NCBI GenBank assembly: GCA_032718475.1
Contig: JAUCBJ010006324.1
Location: forward strand, 1 to 32,033
Direction of reading: 5' to 3'
Source: Nemertoderma westbladi
Taxonomy: Eukaryota > Animalia > Xenacoelomorpha
Length of the DNA: 32,033 bases
This document shows positions 21,098-32,033 of this stretch, in pieces; within the stretch, counting starts at the first letter, position 1, and the number at the start of each line of letters is the position of its first letter. Under the pieces are notes generated by a model that was given only the letters and a program-made list of their open reading frames with translations, had not been told where the DNA came from and searched no databases. The position numbers and the translations under genes are program-made.

Positions 21098-23564
21098 CTA
21101 CTACTAGGTCGAGCGAACTCGGGCAGTGGAAATGAGATCCTTCCAGGCTTCCCGATTCTCCAAAGTTGTCGCAATTTCGTTTCTCCTAAGTTCAGTATCC
21201 CTTTCAAGTTGATCTATATATGTTATGGCCGGTCGTCCACGACTACGCTTTCCATGAGTTGGTTGCCAGAAAAGTAGATCTGGTATGACCTCGTCTTTAC
21301 TTCGCCAGCAGTGCCCACTGAATCTTAATCTGCGTTCACGGAGGGTGGTTGATACAGGTGGTATTGTACCATAAAGCTCGGCGTTTGTCATGTGTTGTCT
21401 CCAGCTGATGTTTAGCGCTGCCCTTAGTAGTCTTGTGTAGCAACCATCAATTCGTTGTTCAAGTGATTTAGTCAGTGTCCAGGTCTCACCCCCATATAAA
21501 AATACACTTTCCACTATGGCTCGAAAGAACTTAGTCTTCAGGTGCCTGTAGAGATCTGATTTCCAGATGGTATCCATTTTTGATAGAGCTACCCAAGCCT
21601 TTGCTTTCCTAACTTCTATGTCCTTTTTGCTACTCTCTATCCATGATCCAAGGTACTGGAAGTCATCGACCTTCCTTAGTTGATTAATATCAATGGTTGT
21701 CAAATTTCCATCAACATTAAAGGTCATGAATTCGGTCTTTGTAGCATTTATATGCAATCCAACCTCCTTAGCAGCCCTCTCCACTTTATTTAGTAGAAGC
21801 TGTGCATCTGCTAGGGTATTAGAGAGCAGGGCGATGTCATCCGCAAAGTCGGTGTCTGTGACTGTAGTTGCCGGATATCTACTACTTCTGCGTTCTTGAA
21901 GTGTGAATCCCAGGTCTTCACCCTTTGTGGCCGTCCTCATTGCGTAATCCAGCACAATTACAAATAGTAATGGTGCTAATGTGTCACCTTGCAGTACGCC
22001 AGCCAGGATTGAGAAAAACTCAGTTTCACCATCTGGTGAGAGTACCTGCGCTTAACTGTGTCACAATATAACAATCCAATGCCAGCAACAATTACTTCTG
22101 GTATTCCATAAGCTCTTAGGATTTCAAGCATTTTACCTCTATGGATGGAGTCGAATGCCTTCTTGAAGTCCACAAAAGTCATGACAGCGGGGAGATTCTT
22201 TGACTTAATTCCTTCAATCAATCTCCGTTGTCTCCGTATCTGAGCTATTGTTGATCTACTTGGTCGAAATCCGTTTTAGCTCTTACGCAGTAGTTTCTCT
22301 ATGTGAGGCCTAATCCTATATAGAATCATTTTATTGTATATTTTGGCAGCTACCACAAGCAGACAGATCCCACGATAGTTTGTTGGTATGCCGAGGTCTC
22401 CTTTCTTGGGGAGAGGCTTTAGTTGACCTTTAGTCCAAATTGGTGGTGGCTTTTCCCCTTTTAACATCCGGTTGCAAACATTCAATAATGGTCTGTTTAG
22501 CACTCCGGTTTTCCAAACCTCCGCTGGGATTTCATCTAATTCACTCGCTTTATTATTGGACATGCTTTTAATGCTTCTTTGGAGTTCGGCAGGTGTGAAG
22601 TCCCCTGTTTCTATAGGTAGTGTCTTGTCATATATTTTCCTTGTAGGGCTGACCTCGATGTTTGGTGGCTGCCCAAGCAAGTTGCTGAAGTGATTTTTCC
22701 ACTTCCCAACACGTTCTTCAGGACTATCGGCTTTGAGGCGCCCCTTTGCACAACTTTTCCGACCAGATACCTCATTTACAGTTAGCCAGGTAAGTCTTGA
22801 TTGTTGCTGTATGTGAGTAGTTGTAATTGCTTCAGTTCTGTCCTGTATGTACTTTTCCTGGCTGATGTTGTAGGCCAATTTAAGATCGTCCTTAGCTTTC
22901 TCAACCTTGTTAATGTTTTCGGTTGTTGGTTGTTCGGTTTTAACTTTGTCGGCTATCTTAAGATCTTCTCTCTTACAAGTAACCTCAGTGTTTTGCCATG
23001 GCACATATTGTTTTCGTTTGGGTTTCTGGGGGATATGCCTCTTAGCTGTTTCCTTGTGGGCTGTTATTATATTCTGGTATATTGAATTGGTGGATTGGTC
23101 TTCATCCATTGACTGAAGTGATTCATAGCGGTTTTGAACTTCTACTGTATAAGCATCCTTTACAGCATTGTCAGTTCTGAGTTTTTCCCAGTCATATTTG
23201 ATTTGCTTGCTTGTCCTGGGTTTGCTGGCTCTCAAACTGAGTCTGATCTCTGCAGTCACAATTCTGTGGTCCGAACCAATTAGGTTGAACGAGCTGTATG
23301 CCTCGCAGTTGATCATACTGTTTCTCCACTTTTTGTTTATGAGGATGTAATCCAGTTGTGCTTTGGTTCCATTAGGGTATTGAAAGGTCCATAGCTTCCC
23401 CTTACTCTTTTCGAATGTGTTGTTTGTTGGTATCAATTCACATTTTTCCATTAGGTCTAAGAGTAAGTACCCATTTCTGTTAGAACTGGTGTTATAGGTG
23501 TAACCCTTGATGTCTTCTGGGCCAATTTGGGCATTCAGGTCACCAGCAATGACTTTAACATTGT
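21098..23564 (-). mobile_element. RTE-clade LINE, 5'-truncated within the endonuclease, pseudogenised
   Basis: APE motifs AGDLNA, QLDYIL, SDHRIV; RT motifs PKKGD..NYRGI, FVDFKKAFD, GVLQGDTLAP, FADDI, YLGS; nonsense codon at 22276-22278 and a frameshift near 22050; 10-bp TSD TGTAAGGGTA (21088-21097, 23565-23574); (TAG)3 tail; empty site at 5686-5695. Confidence 0.95.
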
Positions 23565-23796
23565 TGTAAGGGTAGAAGCGTTGCAAATTTCAATTAGACG
23601 TTACCCACATTATATCCAGACATACCCCATACGTATGCGTATGCGATGCGTATGCGTTGCATATGCGATGCCCTCAAATCCACACTAATAGTTCAAAAAG
23701 TCCATATCCTGGAAAACCCCAACTATTACTGTAGTTGGTTTTGTTTCGTTTTCTTACCTTCCCCTCCCCCTTTCTCTCCTTTCCAACCCACGCTTA

Positions 23797-23970
23797 CTTG
23801 GTTGATGGCCGGCCCTGCAATGTATTGGTTGTGGGTTCGAGCCCCGCCAGGGTTCACTCAGCCTTTCATTCCCCATGGGTCGATAAAACGAGAACCAGTT
23901 GAATTACTGGGAGCAAAACTTTGGATAGGAGTAGCGACCACCCCTACCTTCGGGCCTGCCTTCGGCTTCA
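23797..23970 (+). mobile_element. tRNA-derived SINE with Deu/Nin-like core (copy 2)
   Basis: B-box GGTTCGAGCCC at 23834-23844, then GTTCACTCAGCCTTTCATTCCCCATGGGTCGATAAAACGAGAACCAG. Confidence 0.68.
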
Positions 23971-24948
23971 TTGTCTAATTTCGCCTATTGTGTGGATATT
24001 ACAAACATTTGACTGCCAACAACTTTAAATTTCCAATGTCAAAGACTAAACTTAATAAATACTTTATAAAGTTTCCAATATTTCAATTTTTTGTTGATTT
24101 CATTTGGTGTATGTTTGTTGTTTACCTTATGAAAGCTGATAAATTCTTATTAAGCAGCACATAATTTTATATTCTCGGATACTTAAGGCCGGAGTTCCCA
24201 TCCCGTCTGAACACTTTGTTAAACGTCAATTACAATACAATTTATACTGAAATTAAAATATTTTGATTTTATACAGAATGGGCTGTTAGAATATGGCTAA
24301 ACATTTGTTTTTTCAAAAATTCTCAAATTTCCACTCGCCCTCTAGCGGCCATTGAATTAAATAAGTGTTGCGGTTAGAATGCTACTAGTAATTCAATTTT
24401 AGGTAAAATTTTCTGAAACAAATTTTTTTCGAATTACGGAGGTGAGCTTCACAAAAGTTATAGGTTAAAATTTTTATTTTTGCCTTTTTATGAAAATTTA
24501 TTAATATTTGGCAAAATTTTAACAAATTTTTGGCTTGAATGTTAAAAATTTGCTCTAAAACAGAAATATAAAAATTCCAACCGATAACTTTTACAGAACA
24601 GCCGAAACCCTTTCAAATGAGCCAAAAATAAAGAAAATTGGTTAAAAAATGGCGGAGGAGTAGTTGAAAAATGTCATTCCGAGATAATTGCTCTCAAAGT
24701 TTAAACCTTCCCGCCAAAAGTGGCTGTCTGTGGTCTGGTTGGTTAATCATTTCTGGAACGAACGAAGCACATCACCGAGCTAAACCTTTCAATATTAGGG
24801 TTTTCGGGATCGCTGATTTAATTTCCAATGTCAGTTTTAAGGTTTGGTGGAATCTGTATCCAGCTGCAATTGTAACAAGTTTATTGTCGAATAAAAATTA
24901 CATTTATCTCCCTCTACCGGTATATATTTACTCGCGAGAAACGAATAC

Positions 24949-25128
24949 CGGTATTCCAATACCGATATATAAATATTTCGGTATTCCAATACCGATATAT
25001 AAATATTTCGGTATTCCAATACCGATATATAAATATTTCGGTATTCCAATACCGATATATAAATATTTCGGTATTCCAATACCGAAATATAAATATTTCG
25101 GTATTCCAATACCGATATATAAATATTT
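24949..25128. repeat. 30-bp tandem repeat, 6 units
   Basis: CGGTATTCCAATACCGATATATAAATATTT six times with one substitution; single copy in the paralog at 7009-7038. Confidence 0.97.
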
Positions 25129-25140
25129 CCCATTTTCCCA

Positions 25141-26678
25141 CAAAATGACAAATTTGAGTCAAATTGTCTGGATTTGAAAAAAATACGCAATTGTAATTGG
25201 GTATTTTTGCTTTTTGAAAATTGACCCCGATAACTGGTAAAGGATTTGGGTGCATGTTTCTTTTTTATTTAATTTTCTGTATTTAGTTTTCATTCAATTA
25301 TTTGTAACAATATTAATTGGTTTATTTTTGGATCTCGGGTGTTTATTTCGAATTAACACTTGTTTACTTGGCGCAGGGGTAGTGTTGGTTATTACTTTAC
25401 TTATCTTCAAATTATTTCGCTAACTTGCATAATTGCCTAAAAACAATTGTCTTAAAGTTATGTACTGTATAAAACCAATATAAATATACAACATTGTGTA
25501 ATATTTCATATTTCAATCTATATTTTGTAGTCATTTGATTGGCTACCTGTGCTAGTTACCTTGGTTATCTATGTGGACTTCTTTAAGTCCTTCGATTCAG
25601 TCTCCCGACAACATATATGTTCAGCAATATATACTTGCATTATATATGTAGGATTCCTGAAGAAATTATTGCAGCCAATCAGATCACTCAAAACTCAAAA
25701 GCAGCTGTAATTATAGAACCAACCATCAGATTCATCTGAAATTTGGTAGTAGTAGTAGCCTATGAGCTGAGCATTGCTTAATAAGAAATTCTACAGACAG
25801 ACAGACTTTACAGTTCCTCTTACGAAGTTCCTCTTAGCGTCGCCGCTAGGGGAAAAAATAGCAGAGCTCCAATTCATCGGGCTTAGCCCGTTTAAATGAA
25901 TTGATAACACAATAAAGTAACACAAGCTGGCAATAATTGTTTACCCTAAGAATAGAGCTCGCATTGCACAAATATCATCTCAAAACCTAATTTTCTGTAT
26001 GAGCCGTCGTTATGCCTATATCTAACGCTTCTCCAAATTTCGTTTCAATTGTTTCTTAAATAACGGAGATATCGCTCTGGACACACACACAGTACGGTAA
26101 TAATGGTCACTTATGTCAATAGGACCGTGAACCAATAAAAATATCAGTAATATACAGTAGCAGTGTGATTGGGATAATAATGGCTCCCACTACTCCTTCT
26201 CTATCATACGATTAAAAATAAACACACGAGATTTGATATGATATCGCGAAAAATTAGAACATTTTTGTTCAATTCCTTGACACAAGCAACCTCTCTGGTC
26301 GTCGGTAAATATAATACATCGATAGTAAAGAAAATAAACGAAGTAATCAAACTTCTCAAGTTATAAATATTTAAATTATCCCATTGACAGCTTTTATAAG
26401 CCATTCGACGTTTCGCATATTATTTTTAATTTATAAGTAATTTAATTAAAATTCCATTTCCACAACGCTTTCAGATATTAATAATTTAAACTATTTAAGC
26501 CAACACACCTGCTGGCTGTTGGTGCTTCTACGGTACTTAACAAACCAACTTTAATTTATTACAGTCATTCATTCGCTTTATTTATCTCTGTTTCATTCAA
26601 TTCATAAAGTTTATATATGAAGTAAAATCACAACTAGAAACCGTCAGAAGGGAGGGGAATGTAAAGTATTGTAAAGAG
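25141..26678 (+). repeat. Segmental duplication block A, copy 2
   Basis: Colinear with 14814-15044 + 15849-17198. Confidence 0.95.
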
Positions 26679-29600
26679 TGTGGAACGGGTTGGGGTTGGA
26701 TGTGGAACGAATTGGGGCTGAAGGGGAACGAGTTAGGGCTGATGTGGAACGGGTTGGGGCTGATGTGGAACGGTTTGGGGGTAAGGTGGAACGGGTTGGG
26801 GCTAATGTGGAACAGATTGGGGCTGATGTGGAACGGGTTGGGGTTGTTGTGGGACGGGTTGGGGCTGTGGTGGAATGGGTGGGGGCTGATGTGGAACGGG
26901 TTGGGGCTGATGTGGAACGAGTTGGGGCTGATGTGGAACGGGTTGGGGCTGATGTGGAACGGGTTGGGGCTGTGGAGGAACGGGTTGGGGCTAATGTGGA
27001 ACGGGTTGGGGCTGATGTGGAACGGGTTGGGGCTGATGTGGAACGGGTTGGGGCTGATGTGGAACGGGTTGGGGCTGTGGAGGAACGGGTTGGGGCTAAT
27101 GTGGAACGGGTTGGGGCTGATGTGGAAGGGATTGGGGCTGTGTGGGAATGGCTTAGGGCTGATGTGAAACGGGTTGGGGCTGATGTGGAACGGGTTGGGG
27201 CTGTGGTGGAATGGGTGGGGGCTGATGTGGAACGGGTTGGCGCTGTGGTGGAACGTGTTGGGGCTGTGGTGGAATGGGTGGGGGCTGATGTGGAACGGGT
27301 TAGCGCTGTGGTGGAACGTGTTGGGGTTGAGGTGGAACGGGTTGGGGCTGTGGTAGAACTGGTTGGGGTTGTGGTGGAATGGATTTGGGCTGTAGTGGAA
27401 TGGGTGGGGGCTGATGTGGAACGGGTTGGCGCTGTGGTGGAACGTGTTGGGGTTGAGGTGGAACGGGTTGGGGCTGATGTGGAACGGGTTGGGGCTGATG
27501 TGGAACGGTTTGGGGCTGAGGTGGAACGTGTTGGCGTTGAGGTGGAACTGGTTGGGCTGATATGGAACGGGTTGGGGCTTACGTGGAACGGATTGGGGCT
27601 GTGTTGGAATGGGTTAGGGCTGATGTGGAACGGGTTGGGGCTGATGTGGAACGGGTTTGGGCTGTGGTGGAATGGGTTGGGGCAGATGTGGAACGGGTTG
27701 GGGCTGATGTGGAACGGGTTGGGGCTGATGAGGAACGGGTTGGGACTGATGTGGAACGTGTTGGGGTTGAGGTGGAACGGGTTGGGGCTGATGTGGAACG
27801 GGTTGGGGCTGATGTGGAAAGGGTTGGGGCTGATGTGGATCGGGTTGGGACTGATCTGGAACGGGTTGGGGCTGATGTGGAACGGGTTGGGGCTGTGAAG
27901 GAACGGGTTGGGATTGAGGTGGAACGAGTTAGGACTGAGGTGGAACAGGTCGGGGCTGTGGTGGAACGGGTTGGGGCTGTGGTGGAACGGGTTTGGGCGG
28001 AGGTGGAACGTGTTGGGGCTGTTGTGGAACGGGTTGGGGCTGTGGTGGAACGGGTTGCGGCTGATGTGGAACGGGTTGGGGCTGAGATGGAACGAGTTAG
28101 GGCTGTGGTGGAACGGGATGGGGCTGATGTGTAACGGGTTGGGGCTGTGGTGGAACGGGTTGGGGCTGATGTGGAACATGTTGGGGCTGAGGTGGAACGG
28201 GTTGGGGCTGATGTGGAACGGGTTGGGGCTGATGTGGTACGGGTTGGGGCTGATGTGGAACGGGTTGGGACTGATCTGGAACGGGTTGGGGCTGATGTGG
28301 AACGGGTTGGGGCTGTGGTGGAATGGGTTGGGGCTGAGGTGGAACGGGTTGGGACTGATCTGGAACGGATTGGGGCTATGGTGGAACGGGTTGGGGCTGA
28401 GATGGAACGTGTTGGGGCTGAAGTGGAACGGGTTGGGGCTGAGGTGGAACGAGTTAGGGCTGTGGTGGAACGGGATGGGGCTGATGTGGTACGGGTTGGG
28501 ACTGATGTGGAACGGGTTGGGGCTGTGGTGGAATGGGTTGGGGCTGATGTGGAACGGGTTGGGACTGATCTGGAACGGGTTGGGACTGATCTGGAACGGA
28601 TTGGGGCTGAGGTAGAACGTGATGGGGCTGTTGTGGAACGGGTTGGGGCTGATGTGGAACGGGTTGGGGCTGATGTGGAACGGGTTGGGGCTGATGTGGA
28701 ACGGGTTGGGGCTGAGGTGGAACGAGTTAGGGCTGTGGTGGAACGGGATGGGGCTGATGCGGAACGGGTTGGGACTGATCTGGAACGGGTTGGGGCTGTG
28801 GTGGAACGGGTTGGGACTGATCTGGAACGGATTGGGGGTGAGGTAGAACGTGTTGGGGCTGTTGTGGAACGGGTTGGAGCTGTGGTGGAATGGGTTGGGG
28901 CTGTGGTGGAACGGGTTTGGACTGATGTGGAACGGGTTGGGGGTGTGGTGGAACGGGTTGGGGCTGTGGTGGAATGGGTTGGGGCTGTGGTGGAACGGGT
29001 TGGGACTGATGTGGAACGGGTTGGGGCTGTGGTGGAACGGGTTGGGGCGGTGGTGGAACGGGTTGGGGCTATGATGGAACGGGTTGGGACTGGTGTGGAA
29101 CGTGTTGGGGCTGATGTGGAACGGGTTGGGGCTGATGTGGAACGGGTTGGGACTGATGTGGAACGGGTTGGGACTGATGTGGAACGGGTTGGGGCTGTGG
29201 TGGAATGGGTTGGGGCTGTGGTGGAACGGGTTGGGACTGATGTGGAACGGGTAGGGGCTGTGGTGGAACGGGTTGGGGCTGTGGTGGAACGGATTGGGGC
29301 TGTGATGGAACGGGTTGGGACTGATGTGGAACGTGTTGGGGCTGATGTGGAACGGGTTGGAACTGATCTGGAACGGGTTGGGGCTGATGTGGAACATGTT
29401 GGGGCTGAGGTGGAACGGGTTGGGATTGAGGTGGAACGAGTTAGGACTGAGGTGGAACAGGTCGGGCTGTGGTGGAACGGGTTAGGGCTGTGGTGGAACG
29501 GGTTGGGGCTGAGGTGGAATGTGTTGGGGCTGTTGTGGAACGGGTTGGGGCTGTGGTGGAACGGGTTGGGGCTGATGTGGAACGGGTTGGGGCTGAGGTG

Positions 29601-32033
29601 GAACGAGTTAGGGCTGTGATGGAGCGGGATGGGGCTGATGTGTAACGGGTTGGGGCTGTGGTGGAACGGGTTGGGGCTGATGTGGAACGGGTTGGGGCTG
29701 AGGTGGAACGAGTTAGGGTTGTGATGGAGCGGGATGGGGCTGATGTGTAACGGGTTGGGGCTGTGGTGGAACGGGTTGGGGCTGATGTGGAACATGTTGG
29801 GGCTGAGGTGGAACGGGTTGGGACTGATCTGGAACGGGTTGGGCCTGAGGTGGAACGGGTTGGGGATGTAGTGGAACGGGTTGGGGCTGAGGTGGAACGT
29901 GTTGGGGCTGTTGTGGAACGGGTTGGGGCTGTGGTGGAATGGGTTGGGGCTGATGTGGAACGGGTTGGGGCTGAGGTGGAACGAGTTAGAGCTGTGGTGG
30001 AACGGGATGGGGCTGATGTGTAACGGGTTGGGGCTGTGGTGGAACGGATTGGGGCTGATGTGGAACGGGTTGGGGCTGAGGTGGAACGTGTTGTGGTTGA
30101 AGTGGAACGGGTTGGGGCTGATGTGGAACGGCGGTTGGGGGCTGCGGTGGTACGGGTTGGGGCTGAGGTGGAACGGGTTGGGACTGATGTGGAACGTGTT
30201 GGGGCTGTGGCGGAATGGGTTTGGGCTGATGTGGAACGGGTTGGGGCTGATGTGGAACGGGTTGGGGCTGATGTGGAACGGGTTGGGACTATGGTGGAAC
30301 GGGTTGGGGCTGAGGTGGAACGTGTTGGGGCTGAAGTGGAACGTGTTGGGGCTGATCTGGAACGGATTGGGGCTGATATGGAACGGGTTGGGGCTGAGGT
30401 GGAACGTGTTGGGGCTGAAGTGGAACGGGTTGGGGCTGATCTGGAACGGATTGGGGCTGATGTGGAACGGGTTGGGGCTGAGGTGGAACGTGTTTGGGCT
30501 GAAGTGGAACGGGTTGGGACTGATGTGGAACGGATTGGGGATGATTTGGAACGGGTTGGGGCTGAGGTGGAACCTGTTGGGGCTGAAGGGGAACGGGTTG
30601 GGGCTGATGTGGAACGGATTGGAGCTGATGTGGAACGGGTTGGGGCTGAGGTGGAACGTGTTGGGACTGAAGTGGAACGGGTTGGGGCTGATGTGGAACG
30701 TGTTGGGGCTGATGTGGAACGGGTTGGGGCTGATGTGAAACGGGTTGGGGGTGATCTGGAACGGGTTGGGGCTGATGTGGAACATGTTGGGGCTGAGGTG
30801 GAACGGGTTGGGGCTGATGTGGAACGGGTTGGGGCTATGGTGGAACGGGTTGGGGCTGTGGTAGAACTGGTTGGGGTTGTGGTGGAATGGGTTGGGGCTG
30901 TGGTGGAATGGGTGGGGGCTGATGTGGAACGGGTTGGCGCTGTGGTGGAACGTGTTGGGGTTGAGGTGGAACGGGTTGGGGTTGATGTGGAACGGGTTGG
31001 GGCTGATGTGGAACGGTTTGGGGCTGAGGTGGAACGTGTTGGGGTTGAGGTGGAACGGATTGGGGCTGATATGGAACGGGTCGGGGCTTACGTGGAACGG
31101 ATTGGGGCTGTGTTGGAATGGGTTAGGGCTGATGTGGAACGGATTGGGGCTGATGTGGAACGGGTTTGGGCTGTGGTGGAATGGGTTGGGGCTGAGGTGG
31201 AACGGGTTGGGGCTGATGTGGAACGGGTTGGGGCTGATGAGAAACGGGTTGGGACTGATGTGGAACGTGTTGGAGTTGAGGTGGAACGGGTTGGGGCTGA
31301 TGTGGAACGGGTTGGGGCTGATGTGGAAAGGGTTGGGGCTGATGTGGATCTGGTTGGGACTGATCTGGAACGGGTTGGGGCTGATGTGGAACGGGTTGGG
31401 GCTGTGAAGGAACGGGTTGGGATTGGGGTGGAACGAGTTAGGACTGAGGTGGAACAGGTCGGGGCTGTGGTGGAACGGGTTGGGGCTGTGGTGGAACGGG
31501 TTTGGGCTGAGGTGGAACGTGTTGGGGCTGTTGTGGAACGGGTTGGGGCTGTGGTGGAACGGGTTGGGGCTGATGTGGAACGGGTTGGGGCTGAGATGGA
31601 ACGAGTTAGGGCTGTGGTGGAACGGGATGGGGCTGATGTGTAACGGGATGGGGCTGTGGTGGAACGGGTTGGGGCTGATGTGGAACATGTTGGGGCTGAG
31701 GTGGAACGGGTTGGGGCTGATGTGGAACGGGTTGGGGCTGATGTGGTACGGGTTGGGGCTGATGTGGAACGGGTTGGGACTGATCTGGAACGGGTTGGGG
31801 CTGATGAACGGGTTGGGGCTGTGGTGGAATGGGTTGGGGCTGAGGTGGAACGGGTTGGGACTGATCTGGAACGGATTGGGGCTGATGTGGAACGGGTTGG
31901 GGCTGAGGTGGAACGTGTTGGGGCTGAAGTGGAACGGGTTGGGGCTGAGGTGGAACGAGTTAGGGCTGTGGTGGAACGGGATGGGGCTGATGTGGTACGG
32001 GTTGGGACTGATGTAGAACGGGTTGGGGCTGTG
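26679..32033. repeat. 21-bp G-rich satellite array 2 (more than 5.3 kb, runs off the window)
   Basis: Same consensus GTGGAACGGGTTGGGGCTGAT, about 255 units by length; same left junction as array 1. Confidence 0.98.

Larger units (their letters stand above)
23575..25141 (+). repeat. Segmental duplication block B, copy 2 (part downstream of the LINE)
   Basis: Colinear with 5696-7043. Confidence 0.95.

Noticed and set aside
23565-23586. N-terminus (MQRFYPY) of the 436-aa LINE ORF
   Set aside because: Derived from the TSD and flanking DNA; the LINE is 5'-truncated at about 23564.
24671-25255. ORFs with YFGIPIPIYK-type repeats
   Set aside because: Produced by the 30-bp tandem repeat; no such repeat ORF in the paralog.
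26644-32016. Very long ORFs (up to 1369 aa; PTRSTSA, HISPNPF, VERVGAD repeats) as mucin-like genes
   Set aside because: The 21-bp unit lacks stops in five of six frames; 20-bp units switch frames freely; there are no unique domains. Better explained as satellite.

Overview
AT-rich eukaryotic (invertebrate-like) genomic DNA, mostly repeats and transposable elements, with one clear host gene: an intronless secreted PAN/Apple + C-type lectin protein (19278-20045). The window starts inside a probable CACTA/EnSpm (CMC) DNA transposon (transposase C-terminus, DUF4806-like ORF, subterminal repeats, ...CACTGGG end at 4915), which carries a hAT MITE. The rest reads as a tandemly duplicated unit: [27-bp minisatellite - block B - block A - 21-bp G-rich satellite - lectin]. 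It occurs twice in the same order (5409-20158 and 20159 to beyond the end), which predicts another lectin paralog just downstream of the window. Comparing the two copies exposes individual events: an RTE LINE with a 10-bp TSD and (TAG)n tail, nested Helentron/DINE-1-like elements, a Tc1/mariner-type excision footprint, templated-insertion repair scars, a newborn 30-bp hairpin minisatellite and a 7.8-kb indel. The long ORFs over the satellites are judged artefacts. I see no convincing novel enzymatic system; the interest lies in the structure and evolution of the locus. All family assignments come from motif recognition by eye, without database searches.
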